Under the pieces are notes generated by a model. That model did not search any database. It saw nothing but the letters and a program-made list of their open reading frames with translations, and was not told the origin of the DNA. Of a stretch of DNA of 64,000 bases, positions 9,810-19,287 are shown piece by piece (position 1 is the first letter of the stretch; each line of letters begins with the position of its first letter). This DNA is from an uncultured delta proteobacterium (GTDB lineage: Bacteria > Desulfobacterota > Binatia > Binatales > Binataceae): NCBI GenBank assembly GCA_963724765.1, contig CAVRVY010000004.1:384001-448000 (forward strand), read 5' to 3'. The position numbers and the translations under genes are program-made.

Positions 9810-11231
9810 CTACTGTTTTTGCTCGGCCAGCCACGAGTCGGTCCGCGCCAGTGAGGCTTTGAGCTTATCGATCAGCAAATCGATTTCCTGGGCCGTGATG
9901 ATCAGCGGAGGCGACATACATAGGGTATCGCCGACCGCGCGGACCAGCAGACCTTCCTCGCGCGCCAGGTCGCGCCAATGACCGCCGACGCCGAGCGACT
10001 CAGGAAACGCTTCGCGAGTCTGAGGATTGCGCACCAGTTCGACGCCAGCCATCAGGCCCAGAGCGCGAATTTCACCCACGATCGGTGAAGAACGCAGTTC
10101 CTGGAGCCGCTGAGCGAGCCGCTCGCCCATCTTGCGCGAGTTCTCGACGATGCCGTCGCGCTCCATGATTTCGAGCGTCTTGAGGCCCGCGGCGCAGCAG
10201 GCCGGATTGCCGGTATTGGTAAAGCCGTGCCATACCGCCGCGCCGGCCGACGAGTCCAGCAGCGTCTGATAGATCCGTTCGTGAACGATCACCGCGCCTA
10301 GCGGCAGATAGCCGCTGCTGATGCCCTTGGCGCAGGAGATGATGTCGGGCCGCACGTCCCAGTGCTCGCAGGCGAACATCTTCCCGGTGCGGCCGGCGCC
10401 GGTGATTACTTCGTCCGCGACCATCAGGACGTCGTACTTGTCGCAAATCTGGCGGATGCGGGTCCAGTATTCCCTGGGCGCGGGAATCACGCCGCCGGCG
10501 CCCATCACCGGCTCGGCGATGAAGAACGCAACGCGGTCAGGCCCTTCGGCGACAATCGCTTTTTCGAGTTCATCGGCGCAGGCGACCGCACAGGACGGAT
10601 ATTCCTTGCCCAACGGACAGCGGTAGCAATATGGCGGAGCGATGTGCCGCACGTCGGGCAGCATCGGCTCGAAGAACTCGTGAAAGTGATCGATGCCGGT
10701 GAGGCTGGCGGCGCCGCACGACGAACCGTGATAGCCCTTGATGCGGGCGATCGCGACGGTCTTGTTCTTATAGCCCCGCAGGCGATGGTACAGGCGCGAG
10801 AGGCGTATGACGGATTCATTGGATTCCGAACCGCCGCTGGTGAAGAAGACCCGATCGAGCCCCGGGGGCGCCAGCGAGGCCAGTTTGGCGGCGAGCTCGA
10901 TCGCCGGCGGCGTTGAGATGTTCAGCAGTCCGAGATGGAAAGAGAGCGTCTCGAGCTGCTGGGCAACCGCGTCAGCGATCTCCTTGTTGCCAAAGCCCAG
11001 ATTGACGTTCCAGATCGCCGAGCTGCCGTCGAGGTATTGCTTGCCGTTGGCGTCCCACACGAACACGCCCTTGCCGCGGACGATGATGAGCGAGCCCTGC
11101 TGCGCGTGATCCTCGAGCGAGGCGAAGCCGGGCAGCTTGTGCTTGCGATCAAGCTCGTCAAGGCGCTTGGCGTCGATCTCGAAGCGTAGCGCGTTCGCGG
11201 CGCCTGCGGGTTTTTGTACTGCTGTAGCCAT
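9810..11231 (-). CDS. class III PLP aminotransferase (omega-amino acid/amine transaminase type)
   Basis: Motifs: YLDGSSAIWNVNLG, FFTSGGSES, YHGS, FIAEPVMGAGG, DEVITG.GRTG, AKGISSGY. Confidence 0.93.
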   Translation of the reverse strand: MATAVQKPAGAANALRFEIDAKRLDELDRKHKLPGFASLEDHAQQGSLIIVRGKGVFVWDANGKQYLDGSSAIWNVNLGFGNKEIADAVAQQLETLSFHLGLLNISTPPAIELAAKLASLAPPGLDRVFFTSGGSESNESVIRLSRLYHRLRGYKNKTVAIARIKGYHGSSCGAASLTGIDHFHEFFEPMLPDVRHIAPPYCYRCPLGKEYPSCAVACADELEKAIVAEGPDRVAFFIAEPVMGAGGVIPAPREYWTRIRQICDKYDVLMVADEVITGAGRTGKMFACEHWDVRPDIISCAKGISSGYLPLGAVIVHERIYQTLLDSSAGAAVWHGFTNTGNPACCAAGLKTLEIMERDGIVENSRKMGERLAQRLQELRSSPIVGEIRALGLMAGVELVRNPQTREAFPESLGVGGHWRDLAREEGLLVRAVGDTLCMSPPLIITAQEIDLLIDKLKASLARTDSWLAEQKQ

Positions 11232-11276
11232 TGGAGATTCTCCTGCTTTCCGCCGCTCTGTGGCGCACGATGCGCT

Positions 11277-13082
11277 TCAGGCGCTGCGTTGTCCTCTCAG
11301 CGCGACGCGCCATTTCACTGTGGCCTCGCGATCGACGGTGAGCGATTCGTCCTCGGCCCGTCCCTTCAGGATAACGCCGTAGACCTGCCGGGCCTTCTCC
11401 AGCGAAACCCATCCTTCAAGCACATCCGTGCGCACCATCTCGGGATCGCGATCGAGCGGACTGCCGTAGCCGCCGCCGCCGGTGTCCACGCCGACGATAT
11501 TCTCGCCCGGATTTATCTGCTCAGCCGAGACCGACGGCAGTTCGTGCTCGCCGCCTTCGCGGTCAAGCTTGGCCGCATACGAGGCCTGCCCCGGATGACC
11601 GCCGAGCACGCCTTTGGGCGGATTGTGATGGCCGTCCAGCGGATAAACCACCGTCATCGTGTTCTGCCTGGGGCCGTATACTACGCGCGCGCCGGGAGCG
11701 CCGCGAAAGCGGCCCGCGCCACCCGAGTCGGTCAGCAGCCGTGCAGTTTTGTAGATGATCGGATATTTTTGCTCGTCGATTTCGACACTGTCGCGGTACA
11801 TCAGGCCGCCCACCACCGGCAGGCCGTAGTTGATCCATCCGTCGTTGTGGGGCGTACCCGGGCCGCCGTTGGCGCCCATGAAAAGCTGATTCACGTAAGG
11901 CGCGCCGCTGCGGCGAAAATCGCCGCCCGAGATCACTCCGTAACCCGGGCCCATCCCGAGACCGCCCTCGGCAAGGCCGTAGCCTTCGCCGAGCTGGGCG
12001 AAGGCCGCCTGCGTGATATTGACCAGGCGGTCGCCGATGTTGGTGGTCGCGACCGAGCACGAGGTCGGAAAGCGCGGGATTCCGACCACGCAGTTCTCGC
12101 GCAGATGCACCGTGATGCGGCGGAAGCTGCCGGCGTTGTGCGGCACGCCGGGATCGATCGAATTGAAGATGCCGGTCACCACGTTGTTGATCGCGCAGGT
12201 CTTCGATTCGTTCAAGCCGCAGGGAACGCAGTCAATATTGTCACGCAGATCGATCTCGACCCGCCCGTCAGCGGCGTCGATTTTCACCTGGACTTTCAGC
12301 GGCACCCCTTCAGGCACGGCGGGAAACGGATCGTGCGCGCCCGTGCCGGTGAACTCGGCCGAAGGAAGTTGCTTCAACGCATGGATCATCCGGCGCTCCG
12401 AGTAATCGAACCATTCGCGGATAAAGTCGCGAATCAGCGGGCGGCCGAACTTGGCGGCTAGCTCCTTGAGCCGGCGCTCGCCGATTCGCGCCGCACCGAG
12501 CATCGCCAGGTAGTCGCCGTACCATTGGTCGGGCACACGGATACGCCGCCGGCACATCCGGATGATGTCCTCGATGTCGCGAAAGTTGCGCTGGACTCTG
12601 ACGCACGGAAAATTCAGCGCTCCTTCCTCGTAGACATCGCCTGCAAACGGCATGTAGGTCGTCGGCAGGCTGTTGCCACAATCCGCCTGATGGGCCTTGG
12701 CGCAGCAGGTGAACAGATGTTCGCCCTCGACGATGACCGGCACCAGGATGGTATGGTCGGCGCTGTGCGTATTGCCGAGGTAGACGTCGTTGTGCAGAAA
12801 CGCGTCGCCCTCGGCGAGGTCGAGATGGAGATTGCACATCGCCTCGCTCAGGAACTGCGAGCCGAAGACATGGACCGGCAAGCCCTCGGCGGCGGCGAGC
12901 AACTGGTTGTCGCCGGTGACCAGCGAGCAGGAAAAGTCGCGCGCCATGTTGAGCACCGCCGAGCGGCCCGAGCGCAATAGCGTGTTGGTCATCTCGCGAC
13001 AGACACTATCGAGGCGGTTGGCGATTACCGCGAGCAGCGCCGCGTCGAGTCCCGCGCCATCGGTTCGCGTACTGGCACTCAT
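11277..13082 (-). CDS. hydantoinase B / oxoprolinase family subunit
   Basis: Motifs: EMTNTLLRSGRS, RDFSC, HNDVYLGNTH..D, KAHQAD, DSGGAGRFRG, TGGGGYGSP..RD. Confidence 0.92.
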   Translation of the reverse strand: MSASTRTDGAGLDAALLAVIANRLDSVCREMTNTLLRSGRSAVLNMARDFSCSLVTGDNQLLAAAEGLPVHVFGSQFLSEAMCNLHLDLAEGDAFLHNDVYLGNTHSADHTILVPVIVEGEHLFTCCAKAHQADCGNSLPTTYMPFAGDVYEEGALNFPCVRVQRNFRDIEDIIRMCRRRIRVPDQWYGDYLAMLGAARIGERRLKELAAKFGRPLIRDFIREWFDYSERRMIHALKQLPSAEFTGTGAHDPFPAVPEGVPLKVQVKIDAADGRVEIDLRDNIDCVPCGLNESKTCAINNVVTGIFNSIDPGVPHNAGSFRRITVHLRENCVVGIPRFPTSCSVATTNIGDRLVNITQAAFAQLGEGYGLAEGGLGMGPGYGVISGGDFRRSGAPYVNQLFMGANGGPGTPHNDGWINYGLPVVGGLMYRDSVEIDEQKYPIIYKTARLLTDSGGAGRFRGAPGARVVYGPRQNTMTVVYPLDGHHNPPKGVLGGHPGQASYAAKLDREGGEHELPSVSAEQINPGENIVGVDTGGGGYGSPLDRDPEMVRTDVLEGWVSLEKARQVYGVILKGRAEDESLTVDREATVKWRVALRGQRSA

Positions 13083-13123
13083 GGTGATGTCTAGGCCTCC
13101 CTCTTTCGCCTCGTCGCGGCCGC

Positions 13124-15205
13124 TCAGGTGGCAGCGACCTCGAGCAGGTAGTTGTGCAACTCGGTCACGCGTGCGCGGCTTGCGGGATAGACCACGATGG
13201 TGGTGGTCGGCTCGTCGATGATCGCGGGCCCCTCGACCACCATCCCGGGCGTCAGACTTTCTCCATGATAGCGCGGAGTCTCGAGCTCGCGATGGCCGGC
13301 GAAAAAGACTGCGCGCCGCGTCCGCGCGGACGGAAGCGCCACCTCACGCGCCGCCATTTTGGTCAGCGGAGGACCGTCGAGCAACGCGGTCAACCTGCCC
13401 CGCCAGTAAACGCATTCGACCTGCTGGCCAGGTTCCTTGACCGCGAAAACCCGTTCGTGCTCGCGATGGAAAGCCTCGATAGTCGCGTCGAGGTCGGCTT
13501 GGCCGTCGAATCCGCCTTTGGGCAGCGCGACGTCGAGCTCCCACACCTGGTACGGATAGCGCGCCTCGACGAAGTACTCGCGCTTAAAGCGCGTCAGCCC
13601 CCGCGCGCGCAGTTCGGCCTCCAGGCGATCCATCGACGCCGTGATTTCGCCCAGCACGCGGTTGACCGCTTCGTAGGGAAAGTCACCGGTGTAGGCGAAC
13701 CTGCTCTGCGTGAACTCGCTCACGATGTCGGAGTACTGGCCGCCGCAGGCGCTGAGCGCGCCGGCCGTGCGCGGCACCAATACGTAGCGGCATCCGAGTT
13801 CGCGCGCGATAGGCAGGATATTCAGGCCGGCGGCTCCGCCACCCGCGACCAGCAGGCTCTCGCGCGGATCGATACCCTGGTTGATGGTGATGTCCTTGAT
13901 CGCGCCCACCATGTGGTCGCCCGCAACTTCCATTATCGCGCGCGCCGCGTCCTTCACGTCCAGGTTAAGCCGCGCGGCGAGTTTCGCCACCGCGCCTGCG
14001 GCCGCGTCGGCGCTAAGGCGCATCCGTCCGCCCAGAAAATAATCCGGATCGAGATAGCCCAGCACCAGCGCCGCGTCGGTGACCGTCGGCTCAGTGCCGG
14101 CGAGGCCGTAGCAGGCTGGCCCCGGCTCGGCGCGTGCGCTCTGGGGGCCGACGCGCAGCAATCCGCCGGGATCGATCCAGGCGATCGAGCCGCCGCCGGC
14201 GCCGATGCTTCGCACGTCGACCGAGGCCATGCCGGTGATATGCCCGGTGAAAATCGGACCGAGCCAGGTTTCGCGCGTGAACGTGATCGTCCGGTCATGC
14301 ACCAGGCTTACGTCGAAACTGGTGCCGCCGGCGTCGCATACGATGAGGTCGCGCGGGCCGACTTCAGCCTCGCCATAGGTGCGCCCGGCCACCGGCGCCA
14401 TCGCGGGCCCCGACTTGACCAGATAGATGGGGCGCTGGACGACGTCGCCGGCGTGCATCACGCCGCCGAACGAGGTGGCGACCAGCAGTTGTCCGCCGAA
14501 GCCGGCGCGGCGAAGGTCATCCTCCATGTCGCGCAGATGCCGCTGCATCAGGGGTTTCAGCGAAGCGTCGATCGCCGCCGACGAGGCGCGCCGATACTCG
14601 CGGATGATCGGGTTCAGACGTGAGGACAGCGTGTACGGAATACCCGGCAATTCGGTCTCGATGAGGCGGCCGAGCGCCGCCTCGTGCGCAGGATTCGCCG
14701 GCGACCACAGCAGGCAAACCGCGATCGCCTCGACCCGGCGCTCGGCGACCCGCCGGAGCGTGTTGCGCGCCTGTTCCTCGTCGAGCGGCACGACAACGCT
14801 GCCCTCGGAGTCGATCCGTTCGCGAATCTCGAAGGTCATTCGCCGCGGCACGTACGCCTGTACTGGGGGATATGACAGGTTGAACGGATCGAGCTTGCCG
14901 CCTTCGCGCAGCACCAGGATGTCCGGAAAGCCCTCGGTGACCAGGAACGCGGTGCGTGCGGTGTTGCGCTCGATGATCGCGTTGGTCGCGTGGGTGGTGC
15001 CGTAGATCAGCAGGTCGGTGTTGCGCAGTATGTCAGCGACACTCGCGCCGGCTTGCTCGGCCGCCATCTTGAGCGCCCCTTCGATACCGCCAAAGATGCG
15101 GTCGTAGGTCGTGAGCGATTTGCCGAGCACGAGGGCGCCGTGCTCGTCGGCCAGTACGAGGTCGGTAAAGGTTCCGCCCGTGTCGATCGCTATGCGATAG
15201 GCCAC
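13124..15205 (-). CDS. hydantoinase A / oxoprolinase family ATP-binding subunit
   Basis: Motifs: IDTGGTFTD, GTTHATNA, SGPA, DAGGTSFDVS, IGAGGGSIA, PGPACYG, PTVTDA. Confidence 0.93.
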   Translation of the reverse strand: MAYRIAIDTGGTFTDLVLADEHGALVLGKSLTTYDRIFGGIEGALKMAAEQAGASVADILRNTDLLIYGTTHATNAIIERNTARTAFLVTEGFPDILVLREGGKLDPFNLSYPPVQAYVPRRMTFEIRERIDSEGSVVVPLDEEQARNTLRRVAERRVEAIAVCLLWSPANPAHEAALGRLIETELPGIPYTLSSRLNPIIREYRRASSAAIDASLKPLMQRHLRDMEDDLRRAGFGGQLLVATSFGGVMHAGDVVQRPIYLVKSGPAMAPVAGRTYGEAEVGPRDLIVCDAGGTSFDVSLVHDRTITFTRETWLGPIFTGHITGMASVDVRSIGAGGGSIAWIDPGGLLRVGPQSARAEPGPACYGLAGTEPTVTDAALVLGYLDPDYFLGGRMRLSADAAAGAVAKLAARLNLDVKDAARAIMEVAGDHMVGAIKDITINQGIDPRESLLVAGGGAAGLNILPIARELGCRYVLVPRTAGALSACGGQYSDIVSEFTQSRFAYTGDFPYEAVNRVLGEITASMDRLEAELRARGLTRFKREYFVEARYPYQVWELDVALPKGGFDGQADLDATIEAFHREHERVFAVKEPGQQVECVYWRGRLTALLDGPPLTKMAAREVALPSARTRRAVFFAGHRELETPRYHGESLTPGMVVEGPAIIDEPTTTIVVYPASRARVTELHNYLLEVAAT

Positions 15206-15466
15206 CTGCGCCGGTCCTCCCTATCCGCTCGATTTCCCCATTTGTCGCGCGCTCTCATTTAGAGCAGAAGCTGGCGCGCCGAACCAGATTCATCCGTGTC
15301 GCTTGAGTAGCAGCCCTGCGAGCAAATGAAAACCGAAACCGCGGTCGCATCAGCCGTTGCGCGAAGTCCCGCTGCGGGGCAACCCGCGGAGTCACCCGAG
15401 TTACCAATTACGGGCGGCCCCGAAGAAAGAATTTTTCGCGGACGGTTCTTTGACGCGCATTTATCC

Positions 15467-15496
15467 TTGACAGTCTGAAATCAGCCGATCTAGCTT
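15467..15496 (+). promoter_or_regulatory. candidate sigma-70 promoter for the MBL lactonase gene
   Basis: TTGACA-N18-TAGCTT, ~100 nt upstream of ATG 15600. Confidence 0.4.
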
Positions 15497-15599
15497 GGCC
15501 TGTTCTGTTCTTCCGCCGCGTTTCGGCGGCTCGGAGATACGCGAATCGGGCGCCGCACGGCTGCGAAACACAATCTACCAAGGACTGGGGAGGCGATAC

Positions 15600-16379
15600 A
15601 TGGCTGAAGGCAAGGCAAAAAAAATGTGGGCGCTGCCCGGAGCAATACTCACCGCTCCGCAGTCGCTCCTGATGCACGGTGGCGACGCCACGATGATGCT
15701 CGATCTCCCGTGTCCTTCATTCCTGATCGAGCATCCCAAGGGCCTGGTGCTGTTCGATACCGGATGCAATCCCAAGGTCATCGATGACGCGGTCGGATAC
15801 TGGGGCGACGTGGCGGCCCATCTGCCGATCAAATGGAGCAAGGCGGACACGCTCGACAAGCAAATCGAGGGCGTCGGCTACAAGCCCTCTGACGTGAAGT
15901 ACGTGATCCTGTCGCACTCGCACCTCGACCATTCGGGCGGCCTGATCTACTTCCCCAAGGCCACGTTCCTGGTCGGAAGCAGAGAACTGCAGTACGCCTA
16001 CTGGCCCGACCCGGACCGGCGATGGGCATTCATCCTCAACGATTTCCTGCCGACTCGTGGCTACAAATGGCTGGAACTGGATTGCGACCTCGACCTGTTC
16101 GGCGACGGCGCGCTGCAATTTCTGCTGACGCCCGGCCATACGCCCGGTGAATGCTCGCTGCTGGTGAACCTGCCCAATCGCAAGTTCCTGCTCACCGGGG
16201 ATACGGTACATCTGCGCGCCGCGGTCAACCAGGAAGCGACGATGGGAATCGACGTCGATCCGTTCAAGTCGATACACTCGCTGCGGCGCATCAAGGCGAT
16301 CCGCGACATGCAGGGCGCGACGATGTGGATCACGCACGACCCGGACGACTGGAAGGAATATCCGCACAAGGTCGAGTAG
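15600..16379 (+). CDS. metallo-beta-lactamase fold lactonase (AHL-lactonase/AttM-like)
   Basis: Motifs: LFDTG, SHSHLDHSGG (HxHxDH), DLFGDG, TPGHTPG, LTGD, HD. GGGAGG RBS. Confidence 0.88.
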   Translation: MAEGKAKKMWALPGAILTAPQSLLMHGGDATMMLDLPCPSFLIEHPKGLVLFDTGCNPKVIDDAVGYWGDVAAHLPIKWSKADTLDKQIEGVGYKPSDVKYVILSHSHLDHSGGLIYFPKATFLVGSRELQYAYWPDPDRRWAFILNDFLPTRGYKWLELDCDLDLFGDGALQFLLTPGHTPGECSLLVNLPNRKFLLTGDTVHLRAAVNQEATMGIDVDPFKSIHSLRRIKAIRDMQGATMWITHDPDDWKEYPHKVE

Positions 16380-16404
16380 CGCGGCGAGTCGCGCGGAAGC
16401 TTCG

Positions 16405-16860
16405 ATGCCGCTTTACGAATGCCGTTGCGAGCGGTGCGAGCTCACCTTCGAGGTGCTCGCACCGCTCAGTTCATCGGGGCTCAGGTCGCGCCCCTGCCCC
16501 AACTGCAGCCGCGCGGCCCGGCGTATCATCTCGGCCGTGGCGTTCACGGTCGAGGGCGGCACGCGCGCGAACTCCACCACCGACGCGGCGCAGCTCAAGG
16601 TTCCGCCGCCCGCGCGGCTGTGCTGGATGGACGACCGCTCCGCCGCCCGCTATGCCGCCTACAAGCACGGGCGCGGCGCGGAGTATGACGACAAAACCAA
16701 CGCACGCGAAGAAGCGAAAAAAAAACGCGACGAGCCGCCGTCAAAACCGGACGCCGCCGCGCATGAGCACGCGCATTCGCACTCAGCACTCGCCACCGCG
16801 CGCAAGGCCAAAGCCGCTCAGGCCAAGGAAGCTACGAATCGTCCGCGTCCGCCCGTCTAA
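16405..16860 (+). CDS. FmdB-family zinc-ribbon protein
   Basis: MPLYECRCERC...CPNC followed by a charged, His-containing tail. Confidence 0.8.
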   Translation: MPLYECRCERCELTFEVLAPLSSSGLRSRPCPNCSRAARRIISAVAFTVEGGTRANSTTDAAQLKVPPPARLCWMDDRSAARYAAYKHGRGAEYDDKTNAREEAKKKRDEPPSKPDAAAHEHAHSHSALATARKAKAAQAKEATNRPRPPV

Positions 16861-16904
16861 GTCCCACCCGCCCACCGATACTGGCGCTGCCGCGGATACA
16901 GGCG

Positions 16905-17447
16905 TTACTGGCCGGCGCTCGAAGTGGCGTCCTGGCCGCCCTTGGTAAATGCGATCGCTACGCCGCTCATGTAATGGCCTTTGTGGCCGACTTCGCCCAC
17001 GGTCGGGTCGTGCATGCGTTGGGAAACGTTGGCCGCCGAATTCTTGACGTTGGAACCGACTTGGGAGTCGTAACCTTGCAGTTGTTCGCCCTCGTGCTGA
17101 CTTTTGTCGGAAGTGATGACGACGGCGTCGGCGCCAACCTCGCACGCCTTGCTTTTGAGCACCGGCAACAGGTCGATGTCCTTGGCCGATTCGTCACCCC
17201 ACGCGTCCACCAGCGCTAGCTGCTGAACATCGGCGGCAGGCATCGTCTGCAACACCTGCAACGAACAATTCGCCCCCTTGGCCGGACGCATGTAGGACGT
17301 CATCGGGCTGACCGTCGCCGAAGGCTCGGGAACCTCCCATTCGAAGCATCCGCTCACGCACAACGCCATCGCGGCGAGCGCGATGGCGAACGCGCCTGGC
17401 GCGCGACGCTGTGACAGTGCTACAGGCAACAGGCTACGCAACAACAT
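16905..17447 (-). CDS. putative lipoprotein (YbjQ/DUF4156-like fold)
   Basis: Hydrophobic leader plus lipobox VSGC. Contains LKSKACEVGADAVVI...SGVAI. Confidence 0.6.
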   Translation of the reverse strand: MLLRSLLPVALSQRRAPGAFAIALAAMALCVSGCFEWEVPEPSATVSPMTSYMRPAKGANCSLQVLQTMPAADVQQLALVDAWGDESAKDIDLLPVLKSKACEVGADAVVITSDKSQHEGEQLQGYDSQVGSNVKNSAANVSQRMHDPTVGEVGHKGHYMSGVAIAFTKGGQDATSSAGQ

Positions 17448-17481
17448 CCTTTTCGTTATCCAGTCGTCTCGTTGTTTCGAA

Positions 17482-18006
17482 CTACGTCTGCGGCTTGGCC
17501 GGCGCTTCCTCGTCGGTCGGCGGTGGCCCTTTGAGCTTGAAAGTTCCCTGGTCAGCGATACCGCCGTTCATGTAGCAGGTATATTCGCCGTCCGCCTTGG
17601 GCGGATAGAAGTCATCCATAAAATACATGCACCAGCTCGTATCTTCCATCGAGACGCGAAAGCCGCGAGCGTTTATCTGGCCGGTGACCCAGCCATGCGG
17701 GGTATTGTTGCGGCAGTTGGCATTGAATGGCGCGCATAGATATTTACCCTTAAACTGATTGCCTTCGCGCGTGATGTTGAAGGTTATCTTCACCTTGGCC
17801 GCGTTCATCGAGCTGACCGAGGTGCCCTTCCATATCCCGTTGAAATCCATCAGCGGGTCAGGCGAGTCGGGCGCCGCAGCCGCGCCTGCGGAAGGGGCGG
17901 AGCCGGCGGAAACCGCAGTACCGGAGGGTCCACCTCCTCCGCTCGACGACGAACACGACCATCCGCAAAGCGCCAGGAGTAAAGCGAGTGTGACAATATG
18001 TCGCAT
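17482..18006 (-). CDS. putative lipoprotein, hypothetical
   Basis: MRHIVTLALLLALCGWSC leader, a Ser/Gly/Ala linker, then a beta-rich domain (FNGIWKGT) with four Cys. Confidence 0.65.
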   Translation of the reverse strand: MRHIVTLALLLALCGWSCSSSSGGGGPSGTAVSAGSAPSAGAAAAPDSPDPLMDFNGIWKGTSVSSMNAAKVKITFNITREGNQFKGKYLCAPFNANCRNNTPHGWVTGQINARGFRVSMEDTSWCMYFMDDFYPPKADGEYTCYMNGGIADQGTFKLKGPPPTDEEAPAKPQT

Positions 18007-18049
18007 AGATCTTGAACCTCTCTGGCGTTTCAGAGCGCCGCGAGCGCGT

Positions 18050-19096
18050 TCAGGATTTGCGCGCGCGCGGCAGCACTTCCTCACCCAGGCGCTGGATACA
18101 TTCGAGCACCTTTTCCGGCGCGGGGCCAAGCGGGACCCGGATGCGCAGGACGTACCAGTCGATTCCGCCCATTACGGTGTTCCAGCGATCGAGCGCTTCG
18201 AGCCAGTCATCCTTGGTGCCGATGATCGCGTGTCCCCGGCCACGAATCTTGTCCAGCGTGAAATCGCCCTCGGAGGCGAAATCCTCGGTCGGCGCGAGCA
18301 TTCCGTTCTTAAAGTAAAACTTGCATTCTTCCAGCCATAGCCGGCCGAACGTCTGCTCCGCCTCTTCCCGGCTCGATGCGAGCCATCCGTCGCGAAACAG
18401 CGCGATGCTGGGCTTGCGGCCGGCCTTGGCGGCCGCCTCGCGGTAAATCGAGACCTGAGCCTTGATGTTCTCGATCCGGTCGAAGAACGGCGCCGCCGAC
18501 CAGGCGTCGCTCAACCGCCCCGCCCGGGCGATCGACTTGGGTCCGAACGCACCGATCCAGATCGGCGGCCGCGGCCGCTGGTAAGGCTTGGGCGTGACGT
18601 GAATCGCGTCGAAGTTGAAGTACTTGCCGTGATGCGCGAACGGGCCGACGGTAGTCCACGCCTTATTGACAATTTCCATCGTTTCCTCGAAACGGCCCTC
18701 ACGCTGTTTGATCGGGACGCCGAAGTGCGCGAAATAATCTTTATGATAGCCGGCGCCGACGCCCAGGATCAGCCGCCCGCGCGAGAGCACGTCGATAAGC
18801 GCGGCCGACTGTGCCAGATGCACCGGGTTGTACAGCGCCGGCATCAGGATGTCGGTGCCGATACGCACGCGCTTGGTGCGTACGGCGATCGCCGCCAACA
18901 GCGGCAGCGGGCTTGGAAACATACATTCGGTGCGCGCGTGGCGCTCCGGCACAAAAACGCCGTCGAAGCCGCAACGCTCAGCCTGCTCGGCCTCGCTGAG
19001 TAGCTGGGCCGCAAAGTTTGCGGAGCGTTCGGGATCGGGCTCCGGCTGTCCGTAGGGTCCGCCATGGGTATCGGGCATGTATGCGAACGAAGCCAT
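18050..19096 (-). CDS. LLM-class flavin-dependent oxidoreductase
   Basis: Motifs: AERCGFDGVFVPERH, PSPL.LLAAIA..TKRVRIGT, SRGRLILGVGAGY, PKPYQRPRPPIWIG. Confidence 0.9.
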   Translation of the reverse strand: MASFAYMPDTHGGPYGQPEPDPERSANFAAQLLSEAEQAERCGFDGVFVPERHARTECMFPSPLPLLAAIAVRTKRVRIGTDILMPALYNPVHLAQSAALIDVLSRGRLILGVGAGYHKDYFAHFGVPIKQREGRFEETMEIVNKAWTTVGPFAHHGKYFNFDAIHVTPKPYQRPRPPIWIGAFGPKSIARAGRLSDAWSAAPFFDRIENIKAQVSIYREAAAKAGRKPSIALFRDGWLASSREEAEQTFGRLWLEECKFYFKNGMLAPTEDFASEGDFTLDKIRGRGHAIIGTKDDWLEALDRWNTVMGGIDWYVLRIRVPLGPAPEKVLECIQRLGEEVLPRARKS

Positions 19097-19287
19097 CAGA
19101 TTCTCCCGGGCGCGCGGCTCAATTGAGCGTCAAACGGTGAAAAGTGAAACGTTAAGCCCCCACCGCGTCGGCCACCCATGCCTTTTAGCTAAAGCACTGC
19201 TGAATTAAAATGCCCGCGTGAGGAGCCGGGTTCCCCGCGTCTCCTGCGCCGGCTCTAAATCCGCAAATGCTGAGAGGGATATCGCAG

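Noticed and set aside
15600-16379. Beta-lactamase resistance gene or definite quorum-quenching enzyme
   Set aside because: There is no signal peptide. The motifs fit the lactonase branch, but substrate specificity cannot be read from sequence.
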